Virus record (IMG/VR): IMGVR_UViG_3300010389_000007
Span: 1-64,000 of that record
Length of the DNA: 64,000 nt
Reading direction: 5' to 3' (one strand)
DNA from: a virus
The notes beneath the pieces are model-generated. The model made no database searches, was not told where the DNA came from, and saw nothing but the letters and a program-made list of their open reading frames with translations. Each line of letters starts with the position of its first letter. The stretch's first letter is position 1. Of this stretch, positions 57,001-64,000 are shown one piece after another. The position numbers and the translations under genes are program-made.

Positions 57001-59334
57001 GTCAGAAGCAGCTGAAGATTCTTTAGGGATAAAAATTCTAAATCTATATGCTTTATCTTGATTTACTCTACTATCTAAGGTTCTCTTGATGTATGAAAGT
57101 GGTGCACTAACTGTGGCAAGATTGCTAAAGAATGAAGTTGCACCAGAACCTACAGAGTTTACTCCAACATACCAATTTTGATTTGCTGAGTCCCACTGAA
57201 TTGGATGACCAATATCCCCAACATTCTTCTCATTAACAGAACTTCTGAAGACTAGGTTTCCAGTAGCAAAACCTACTTGGTTTTTAATATCTACTACAAA
57301 AACATCATTTTCTGCATTATTTACATTATCATATAATTTAATTCCAGTTCCACCAGTTAATCTAACATTATACAGTTTATCATGTTCTATACCATCTGGA
57401 AGAACCCCATTTTTTGCAATTATTTTCCCAGAAATTCCAGTAGAAATGCCTGTTATTCCAGATAAAGTAACTATATTGGTTGTGGTGTCAATTGTATTGA
57501 TATCATATTCAATTTTATATGATGGAGTGATGGGAATTTGATATTCTACGTTAGCTGCTCTATAGTATAAAAGATCTTGATTCTTACCACCTACAGAAAA
57601 TCCTCTAACTTTATTAGTTGGTGGTGAAAGTAAGTCTGTAAGATCGTTAAAATATACCCTGGTATTTTGATTTGATGCTGCAAGTGAATTTGTTAAAGTG
57701 GCATTAAGTTTTTCATATCTAATAACATTATCTGCTGCTGGGAGTTCTTTTGGTTGAAGTATATGAGTGATGTACGCATGATTATCTTTAGATAAAGCGT
57801 CTTTTTTATATCTTGATGAAAATAGTGCATTTTGACCAAAATTACTGTTTGAGTTAGTAATTGATTGATCACCACCAATGTCAGCAACAAACTGCTTTGC
57901 ATATCCAATAGCAAAGATAGAAACACACTGAATGAATGCATCATTAGATGCTTTTATGTGGAAAGTTTCCCATTCAGGTCTATATCTTGCTCTTGATGAT
58001 TGGTGCAAGAATTTGTCTACACCAAAATTAGTTTGGAATTTATATGCTCCAGAAGTTGCATCATATTCTGCAAATGCTCTATCATCCTTTTGTAGAGAAA
58101 TTCCAGTAAATTGTGCTGTGACCATGGATCTAAATCCTTTGGCCTTTGATCCATCTGCATGGAGACCATTCATACCATAAACAGACTTCAAACTACAGTT
58201 GAAGACGTATGGAGATGCTGAGGAAACAGTATCTGAGATTACTTTTACCGATGCTCCAGTTACACTTGGGTTTAGAGTCTGAGTAGGAACATTAGATAGT
58301 AAATATGTAAATTCTGTTTCGCTTGTTACCTGAGCAACAACAAAATTTCCATTATACTCTAGTTCTGAGGTTGGACCTTCAGCCTGAGCTAATCCAGATA
58401 TGATAATTGGGGTGAATGGTGATAGATTGTGTGGTGATTGAGTCTGAACAGTGATTACAGGAGTTCCGGATACACCATTTCCAGAAATTGCTGATGTAAT
58501 AATGATAGAACCAGTTCCAAGTTCACCAACAATTCTATTTTCATCTACGTTAGGTTGGAAGTTATCATATCCATCTATGATACTTCTAGATGATTGGGAA
58601 CCAAATCCCAAACTCAATTTGTAGTAGTAGTTTTCTAAATCTGTGTGACCAGTGCTAGTATTATTTTTTACTATTATATTAGTATCATCTGCATATTCAA
58701 ACGCAGTAAGTTTATGGTGTGAAAAGTTTGGTACAGTTGTATTTGTTGAATAATTATTATATACTTTTCCAATTGGATCACCATCAAAAATAGTAAATCC
58801 AAAGATATAACAAGCACCAGTTAGTTTGAATATTGCTGCTGGATCAATATTGTCATCTACTGGACTTGGAACAAATTTTGGTCTTATCTTTGTCTTTCTT
58901 AAATCATGAGCAACAAGAGAAGTTCCCTTTGGTACTATGACCCCACCATCTACACTATTATAAATGTATAATTGGTTTGCAGGATCATTAATATCAAAAT
59001 TAGTGGAAACGTTAAATTCAGTAATAGTTCTGGTGGCACTATTTACATCCTTTAATACGTTGGAACTATCTACCCAATATCCAGGTCTGTTGTCAATAAA
59101 GTGAGTTCCTGGGGAAAGTAAAATGGTGGTTTGGTCAAAAAGATCATTATTAGTTCCAGGAACATAAGAGAATCTTGCAGCTTCAATTAATGCCCTTTGA
59201 ATGGTTTTAAAAGGTCTTAACCTTGAGTTTCCCCTATTATCAATAGAATCTGAAGCATCTAACTCATTTGGATCAACATATAGGGTATTACCATTGAGAT
59301 TCTTCAAAAAGTTCTCTAATCTCGCTAAAGGCAT
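54025..59334 (-). CDS. Large tail fibre/baseplate-associated protein with C-terminal tail-collar domain
   Basis: MPLARLENFLKN...LYVDPN; PVGGIILWSG...WALCDGTNGTPNLRNRFVVGA...NLPPYYALAYIMR. Confidence 0.85.
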   Translation of the reverse strand: MPLARLENFLKNLNGNTLYVDPNELDASDSIDNRGNSRLRPFKTIQRALIEAARFSYVPGTNNDLFDQTTILLSPGTHFIDNRPGYWVDSSNVLKDVNSATRTITEFNVSTNFDINDPANQLYIYNSVDGGVIVPKGTSLVAHDLRKTKIRPKFVPSPVDDNIDPAAIFKLTGACYIFGFTIFDGDPIGKVYNNYSTNTTVPNFSHHKLTAFEYADDTNIIVKNNTSTGHTDLENYYYKLSLGFGSQSSRSIIDGYDNFQPNVDENRIVGELGTGSIIITSAISGNGVSGTPVITVQTQSPHNLSPFTPIIISGLAQAEGPTSELEYNGNFVVAQVTSETEFTYLLSNVPTQTLNPSVTGASVKVISDTVSSASPYVFNCSLKSVYGMNGLHADGSKAKGFRSMVTAQFTGISLQKDDRAFAEYDATSGAYKFQTNFGVDKFLHQSSRARYRPEWETFHIKASNDAFIQCVSIFAIGYAKQFVADIGGDQSITNSNSNFGQNALFSSRYKKDALSKDNHAYITHILQPKELPAADNVIRYEKLNATLTNSLAASNQNTRVYFNDLTDLLSPPTNKVRGFSVGGKNQDLLYYRAANVEYQIPITPSYKIEYDINTIDTTTNIVTLSGITGISTGISGKIIAKNGVLPDGIEHDKLYNVRLTGGTGIKLYDNVNNAENDVFVVDIKNQVGFATGNLVFRSSVNEKNVGDIGHPIQWDSANQNWYVGVNSVGSGATSFFSNLATVSAPLSYIKRTLDSRVNQDKAYRFRIFIPKESSAASDITSGFIIERASNALSSLLPQAESTDLVSATNNELSLIRNNGAIVDAWYSAGFVTIVTSKPHNLKVGDSIKVYDLKSSAEPAPVGLGTGTGYNGEFTVAAVVNELRFTYAISRDPGEITVGISTAESWLTVRDCAQTSNYRIPPYTIYDANRNSLPYFVQKSVQNDYQLYDIDTITSYEEGITDGVYHVTVNAFKNVPTVSPFDTDTYKLSQSIERLYPKVDEDNPNSDPEGTITKASRSIIGVVNVNDPKNSSTKEVVSSFLADFNLGKVITGITTYQDTTTFSPVGVCTATTATNHGLGGIKRLTISSGGSGFLNGTYYDIPLCGGTGQDATATITVSSNSVTTAAIQNFGSGYTVGDSLTLRGIPGSSNTASVIVASTNQESSDLDTIQILGCENSRNNGTFLIKSVTSNTITYYNNLGIPETPEQSVILFGGPGYQLQTSPDGAVYDSGTNTTTIITQQPHNFAVGNKVLFDDQIGSDPTIGISTVSNVIGITSFTVRGDAGAANRVYAYGLSSNSKETNAENENLASRHFALYDGYKSKTNQAISVSDINFLVSSIYGLQKGDIIQVNTEIMLVTKVSGGEIYVKRGQLGTRISSHLTGSAIKRISVVPIELRRNSILRASGHTFEYVGFGPGNYSTGMPSNQDRILNEDEILTSQSLVSQGGLVVYTGMNSNGEFFIGRTKFDAITGDQTAVGVPVEDEDTAVADTLEVNTLIVNDILDASTAITTLQSLTVEGESEFVGIVTFANTQPGINSTTAAVVVSGGVAVGNNLLVNNDATIGNVTVGVSSATTITTTSDNLYLNSAGGKVIVPPSTTLHGYGTIPVGGIILWSGAASSVGTGDLSNWALCDGTNGTPNLRNRFVVGASSGTGDTTYPGLSAGATGGSADATLVSHNHTASSSSTTTLTGGDASGTFLTGASVSTSTEGVSGGGGQVVDGVSLSTSSGNVSYTQPTASTSTTTTISTEGSPATNANLPPYYALAYIMRVS

Positions 59335-59366
59335 TTTAGAGTATCCTTACGTATTTTCTTCTGTCT

Positions 59367-59382
59367 TATTTATCAATAAATA
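59367..59382. promoter_or_regulatory. Back-to-back late-promoter-like elements
   Basis: GATAAATA (minus, 59367-59374) abutting AATAAATA (plus, 59375-59382). Confidence 0.5.
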
Positions 59383-59404
59383 CCATTATCAATCTTTTGT
59401 AATT

Positions 59405-61087
59405 ATGGAATTTCGTTCTCCTAAAGAATGTTTGTTGTCACTATATCAAGATAAAGTAAAATCAGATAATGAGCAAATAAAACAAATAGAACAAACTGAA
59501 TCTGGATTTAGTATCCAATTGCCAGATGGAACAAATTTTGAACTTCCTGCAATACAAGATACCCTAGATTGTTTTACTGACCCAATCAATAAAATAGACA
59601 CTAGAATAGTCACTCTGAACAATCAAATTGTAGACTTACAAAATTCTATTCTTCAAGTTGGACAGACTGCTAATAGTTGTGGGTGTGGTGGGTCTGTTGG
59701 ATTTGGGAGCACTGGGGTTCCATTCTTTATTGGGATTAATACAGTAACTGTATACGCAGATTCATTGCTTTGGAGAGGTTGGTCATACACTTCTCCAAAT
59801 CCATTCTCACAAATCAGTGGAACCTTATCAGTTGGAATAGATTTTGCAATAACATCAGCAGAATATACTATCGGATCAACAACTTATCCAGTAAGAGGAT
59901 ATTTGTATGTTCCTCCAATATTAAGCACGTCTGTTGATGTGATAGTCCTTTATCATGGAACAATCTCAGATACTACAACAACAGTTCTTGAAGCTGCATC
60001 AAACTTCATGCAAATTGCAAAAGATAACATTAGACTAAAAGATAAAATTATCTTTAGTGTTGCTTATCCACAAGACGCAATCCCTACAGCAAACTCTCTT
60101 GATGGAACTTATGGTGGTGTTGGAAATGCTGGATTCTTATTTGAGGATAATTTGCCATTTGCCAGAGCAGCATTACTCTGGGCAAAAAATTCCTTGAATT
60201 CTTATATAGCATCTCAAGGTCTTAATAAGAGTATTAATAGAGTTTTCATGTTTGGACATTCTCAGGGAGGTTCATTGGTCCATAAATTGAACACTTTAGA
60301 ATCTACTGATGGTGTTATTGCAAATGCTCCAGGTCCAATAAGATTAGATTTAACTTGTCAAAACCAAGAAACTCTAGGATTAGTTGGTGCAGGAAAACCA
60401 ATAACTTTACAAAATGCTGTTTGTCAGAAGTTATACAATGTCTATGGATCAGCATTTACATCATCTCAATATTTTGACAGATCTGTTCAAGCATACACTA
60501 CTGGTTTAATATCTCCAACCTTATACATTCAAGGTCAGCAAGATACTACTGGTGCAGGTAGCCAAATTGATTGGATCAACACTTTATTTGCAGATGTGGA
60601 ATCTCAAGTAGTCAGTGATGGAAAAGGTGGTTTGTTGAAAGTTCAAGGTGGTCATGATGCATTTGTCAACAATCCAATTGCACAACAAGCAATTAGAGAC
60701 TTTGTAGAATCAACTGGGTCTGATGTAACAACGACTGCAGCAGGAACTGTTGGTCTTGGTACTGAAGATCTAGTTGGACAATCCCTAATTGGAATTTACT
60801 ATGGTGATGTTGGTGTTGCTAGAACAACTTTGACAATTTGTCCAGGAATTACAACTTGTGATGCATATCCTAGTCAGATTGCAAGTTTACAGGCACAAAT
60901 TACACCTTTAAGATCTGAGAGAAATTCGTTAATAGGAAAAGTAAATTACCTTAAGAGTGAAAGGAGTAAGTATGAAATAAGAAAATATGGGTTCAACAGA
61001 CAAAAAGAGGAATTAAATGCAGATATTGCATCTAGCAATGCAGTGCTTAATTTCCTTAACGATCCTGCGAATGAAGAATGGTTATAA
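59405..61087 (+). CDS. Late coiled-coil protein with inserted alpha/beta-hydrolase domain
   Basis: Start reassigned to MEFRSPK; LYHG, FGHSQGG, GQQD, GGHD catalytic-triad motifs. Confidence 0.75.
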   Translation: MEFRSPKECLLSLYQDKVKSDNEQIKQIEQTESGFSIQLPDGTNFELPAIQDTLDCFTDPINKIDTRIVTLNNQIVDLQNSILQVGQTANSCGCGGSVGFGSTGVPFFIGINTVTVYADSLLWRGWSYTSPNPFSQISGTLSVGIDFAITSAEYTIGSTTYPVRGYLYVPPILSTSVDVIVLYHGTISDTTTTVLEAASNFMQIAKDNIRLKDKIIFSVAYPQDAIPTANSLDGTYGGVGNAGFLFEDNLPFARAALLWAKNSLNSYIASQGLNKSINRVFMFGHSQGGSLVHKLNTLESTDGVIANAPGPIRLDLTCQNQETLGLVGAGKPITLQNAVCQKLYNVYGSAFTSSQYFDRSVQAYTTGLISPTLYIQGQQDTTGAGSQIDWINTLFADVESQVVSDGKGGLLKVQGGHDAFVNNPIAQQAIRDFVESTGSDVTTTAAGTVGLGTEDLVGQSLIGIYYGDVGVARTTLTICPGITTCDAYPSQIASLQAQITPLRSERNSLIGKVNYLKSERSKYEIRKYGFNRQKEELNADIASSNAVLNFLNDPANEEWL

Positions 61088-61095
61088 AAACCCTA

Positions 61096-61134
61096 GGGGC
61101 AATTTTTACCCAGAATTTTTTTTGCCCCTTTTTT
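61096..61134 (+). terminator. Putative terminator between convergent units
   Basis: GGGGCAA...TTGCCCC followed by T6. Confidence 0.5.
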
Positions 61135-61157
61135 GGAATTAAAAGTCAATTTTGAAA

Positions 61158-61242
61158 TAGGAGTGGGGAGACTTGAACTCCCACGACCTTGATGGTCAAC
61201 AGATTTTAAGTCTGGTGTGTCTACCTATTCCACCACACTCCC
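61158..61242 (-). tRNA. tRNA-Leu(UAA)
   Basis: GGGAGTG/CACTCCT stem, loop CTTAAAA, long variable arm; promoter TTGACA-17-TATACT at 61292-61320. Confidence 0.92.
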
Positions 61243-61316
61243 AAAGTGGGAAGAGATCTCTCTCTTCCCTGCACTTCCTTCACACTTGGATAGTATAAGT
61301 CAAACCCCTTTGACTG

Positions 61317-61487
61317 TCAACCATCATAAGCAAGTTCACCTCTGAGTTCTGCAACCTTGGCAGTTGCAAAACACTCCACACAAGTCCAGAAAGTTTCACC
61401 ACTGACCATGTTCTCACCACAGAAATGGGAGGCAACATCCTCAAGAATGCCATTGAGTTCTTCCAGTTGGTCACGAGTGATTTGCAT
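61317..61487 (-). CDS. Small hypothetical protein (56 aa), not in ORF track
   Basis: MQITRDQLEELNGILEDVASHFCGENMVSGETFWTCVEC.ATAK.AEL.G; early-type promoter upstream. Confidence 0.75.
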   Translation of the reverse strand: MQITRDQLEELNGILEDVASHFCGENMVSGETFWTCVECFATAKVAELRGELAYDG

Positions 61488-61523
61488 GGTGGGTACTGTC
61501 TTGCTTACCCATCCATCATAGCA

Positions 61524-62219
61524 CTAGGAGCAGCACTCTGCAAGTTTGGTGGACAGTTCAGCAACTGTCTCCTTCAAGGTATCAATTTGCTTTTGCTGTT
61601 CTTTGATTGCTTCTACCAGAACAGCAGTTAAATGAGGGTAATCTAAAACTTTATTTCCCTCTGAATTATCTCTGACTAAATCTGGAATGACTTCCTCAAC
61701 TTCTTGAGCAATCATTCCAATTTCATGCCAACCATAGTCATTTCTATCATATTCAACACCCCTCAAAGTCATTACTTTCTCTAAAGAATTCTCAAGAGGT
61801 TTAATATTTTCTTTTAGTCTGATGTCAGATGTTAGTTCTACTGGAACTCCATTTGCAGTAAGACTTCCAACAACATTAAACGTTCCAAAAAATGTTCCTA
61901 CTGGAGATGCTGCACTCCATGAAGGAGTTCCTTCAAACTTTTTAATGATAGCATCTGCTTTAACTCCAAGGTCTGCTTTCATTCCAAAGGATGAGCTAGC
62001 ACCAAACTTTAAATGAGATCCAAATGCATTAGAGAGTCCAAAGGCATTATGGGTGCCAATTTGATTGGTCAATCCATTGAGGTTGTTGACTCCAGTTGTC
62101 TGAAGAGCAAATGGTTTTGTTGGATCAATGCTTTGCCAAATATCAACAGTTGCTAGTGGTGGAACAAGTGCTGCACCTGCCTGGATACCTTCAGCATCTA
62201 TACTATTAATGTATGCCAT
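61524..62219 (-). CDS. Structural protein with C-terminal peptidase S74 chaperone domain
   Basis: SDIRLKENIKPL...IGMIAQEVE...LDYPHLTAVLVEAIKE. Confidence 0.8.
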   Translation of the reverse strand: MAYINSIDAEGIQAGAALVPPLATVDIWQSIDPTKPFALQTTGVNNLNGLTNQIGTHNAFGLSNAFGSHLKFGASSSFGMKADLGVKADAIIKKFEGTPSWSAASPVGTFFGTFNVVGSLTANGVPVELTSDIRLKENIKPLENSLEKVMTLRGVEYDRNDYGWHEIGMIAQEVEEVIPDLVRDNSEGNKVLDYPHLTAVLVEAIKEQQKQIDTLKETVAELSTKLAECCS

Positions 62220-62797
62220 TATAATCCTCCAAATACTACTGTTTCTATTATTTTATCTACAAAATCTCCAAGATTTGTTGGGATCAAAGCTGCCTTTGGT
62301 TCTATAATTGTAACCCCACCAGTTCCTTTCATATAAATTGCACCTTTTGATGCAAGTAGGAGTTTATTTCTAGCACCAATAGCAACATTGGCAGCATTAA
62401 TCTTAACACTATCTGCTGCTTCAATAATAATATTTTGTCCAGATCTAATGACCATTGGTTCATCAGCTGCAGTGCATTCATATCTAATTTCTCTAGCAGC
62501 AAGAGTTAAAACACCATTGCCAGCATCAATCTTAATTCCACCACCACCATCTGCAATAACAAATAAACCCTCTTTGGATCTACTTACTATATTATCTCCA
62601 GTATCATTTGGTTGACCACTTAACTCAAAACCACCATCCTTGTACAGTTTTAAGTGAGCACCAGATGTAGAATGTAATTCTACCTGTCTTGTTCTTTCCT
62701 TAGATACAGACTCTCCAATGAAAAGAGTTCCATCTTTGGGATCACTAATTACAAATCCTGTTACTTCTTTTTCTTCAGGTTTTTTGGGTGTTGCCAT
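62219..62797 (-). CDS. Baseplate hub/spike-associated protein (gp5 C-terminal-like)
   Basis: Beta-rich repeats; directly follows the gp5-like gene. Confidence 0.6.
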   Translation of the reverse strand: MATPKKPEEKEVTGFVISDPKDGTLFIGESVSKERTRQVELHSTSGAHLKLYKDGGFELSGQPNDTGDNIVSRSKEGLFVIADGGGGIKIDAGNGVLTLAAREIRYECTAADEPMVIRSGQNIIIEAADSVKINAANVAIGARNKLLLASKGAIYMKGTGGVTIIEPKAALIPTNLGDFVDKIIETVVFGGL

Positions 62798-64000
62798 TAT
62801 CTATCAGCACAAAGAATAACTTTTCTTACTGGTTGTCTATCCTCTGGGATTTCACCAACCTCTACAAACTTCAGAACAGGAACTAATATTGCACCTGATC
62901 CTGTTGTAGTATTTATTGCCAACTCAGGAACAGTTCTTATGACACCTGCATTTATGATTCTAGTGTCTACTATTCTACCATCAGGATCTACTACTGGATA
63001 AATTTCAACTCCACTATCACAATAGATGTTATAAATTAAGTCCTCCTCAGTATATCCAATTCCAGTATTGATGATGATAACATCAGAAATATATGCAGTA
63101 TATTCTTTACCATCATCTCCAACTGGATTAACAAAGCAGATATCATCTCCCTCAGCATCACTTGTAGGACCAAGATAGTCCATACCATTGCTAACCATGT
63201 AGACAGAATCTATTCCACCAGTTGTGGGATTTAAAATTGCATTGCCTCGTGCACCACCTCCAGTATTACAGGCATCTTCAAATGAAACATATGGTGCTGT
63301 TGTATAATCTGCCCCAGGATCCTTAATGTTTACTCCCATCACCTGACCAAGAACGTCAACAACAACTGCTCCAGTTCCACCACCTCCACCAAATCCACCA
63401 AAGAATGTTACCTTTGGTAGACCACAATTTAAAGTAGTTCCATCACAGTCAAAGTATGCAGCAAATTCATCCTTACTTACTCCTAATGCAGCAAGAACAT
63501 CATCACTAGGATCTCCTCCACTATTTTGTCCCAACCAACTTGAGAATTGTTGTGTTCCATCTGAGAAAAGATTCCTCACCCCTTGTGCTGGTGAATAATT
63601 AAGAATCTTTTGGAAGTTTACTGCACCCTTAGGAACATATCCTTTATTCATCTCATAATCAAACTGTTTCTTACACTTATTGTCTTCACATGTGAAGAAT
63701 GAAAGAACAGTTTTTGCATATCCAATTGCTTGTGAAATATATCCTGAAATTTGACCAACACCCTCACCAATAACTGAGGTTAATTCTTGTAGTGCTGGAC
63801 CAATAGCATTTGCAATTTCATTTCCAATGGTTTGCATCATGCTTCCAATGAATGATTCTACTGCACAGAGGGGGACACTCACAACCTTCCCTACCATTTG
63901 TCCAATAAAATCAAAAACAAATTTTCCTATTTTCTTTAAAATGTTCTGGAATAAACACCAGATACCATCTACAGCTTTGTCAACTGCTAATTTCTTGGCA
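62797..64000 (-). CDS. gp5: gp5-like baseplate hub protein, 3' part (frame open to window edge)
   Basis: PLCAVESFIG...CGLPKVTFFGG...G.GA...G.GY...VILC pattern of the cyanophage hub protein; no stop upstream of 63897. Confidence 0.6.
   Translation of the reverse strand, partial: AKKLAVDKAVDGIWCLFQNILKKIGKFVFDFIGQMVGKVVSVPLCAVESFIGSMMQTIGNEIANAIGPALQELTSVIGEGVGQISGYISQAIGYAKTVLSFFTCEDNKCKKQFDYEMNKGYVPKGAVNFQKILNYSPAQGVRNLFSDGTQQFSSWLGQNSGGDPSDDVLAALGVSKDEFAAYFDCDGTTLNCGLPKVTFFGGFGGGGGTGAVVVDVLGQVMGVNIKDPGADYTTAPYVSFEDACNTGGGARGNAILNPTTGGIDSVYMVSNGMDYLGPTSDAEGDDICFVNPVGDDGKEYTAYISDVIIINTGIGYTEEDLIYNIYCDSGVEIYPVVDPDGRIVDTRIINAGVIRTVPELAINTTTGSGAILVPVLKFVEVGEIPEDRQPVRKVILCADR

Noticed and set aside
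59201-59404. N-terminal extension of the 628-aa ORF
   Set aside because: Overlaps the antisense start of the 54025..59334 gene and the promoter region; ATG at 59405 is more plausible
59836-60735. Intein or intron in the plus-strand gene
   Set aside because: No Cys/Ser start or His-Asn end and no homing endonuclease motifs; the insert has hydrolase motifs

Overview
A 64-kb segment of an AT-rich T4-like cyanomyovirus (Kyanoviridae-type, P-SSM2/S-SM2-like gene order), almost all on the minus strand. In transcription order (right to left): the 3' part of a gp5-like baseplate hub gene and neighbours, tRNA-Leu, then a ~30-kb block of late tail-fibre/appendage genes. That block includes two paralogous three-gene modules, each ending in a collagen-like (Gly-X-Gln)n fibre, and three paralogous small fibre-tip proteins. 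Next come a VWA-metallopeptidase/CobS AAA+ pair, a dTDP-glucose 4,6-dehydratase and a ~15-kb early region of tiny genes with eight more tRNAs. A ~0.5-kb non-coding island follows, then baseplate genes gp25, gp6 and the 5' part of a giant gp7. Most notable: (1) the island at ~11.3-11.8 kb is a cluster of cyanobacterial-type DnaA boxes (TTTTCCACA) with divergent promoters, like a host oriC; (2) the early genes are cassettes headed by repeated promoter elements whose ATG sits exactly at the predicted +1, implying leaderless mRNAs, with a shared MENQ N-terminus; (3) one repeat family has an NtcA/CRP-like site centred at -41.5 plus a LysR-type box; (4) an ArdA-like antirestriction protein; (5) an alpha/beta-hydrolase domain inserted in a late protein. 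All calls come from reading the sequence by eye; no database searches were run.
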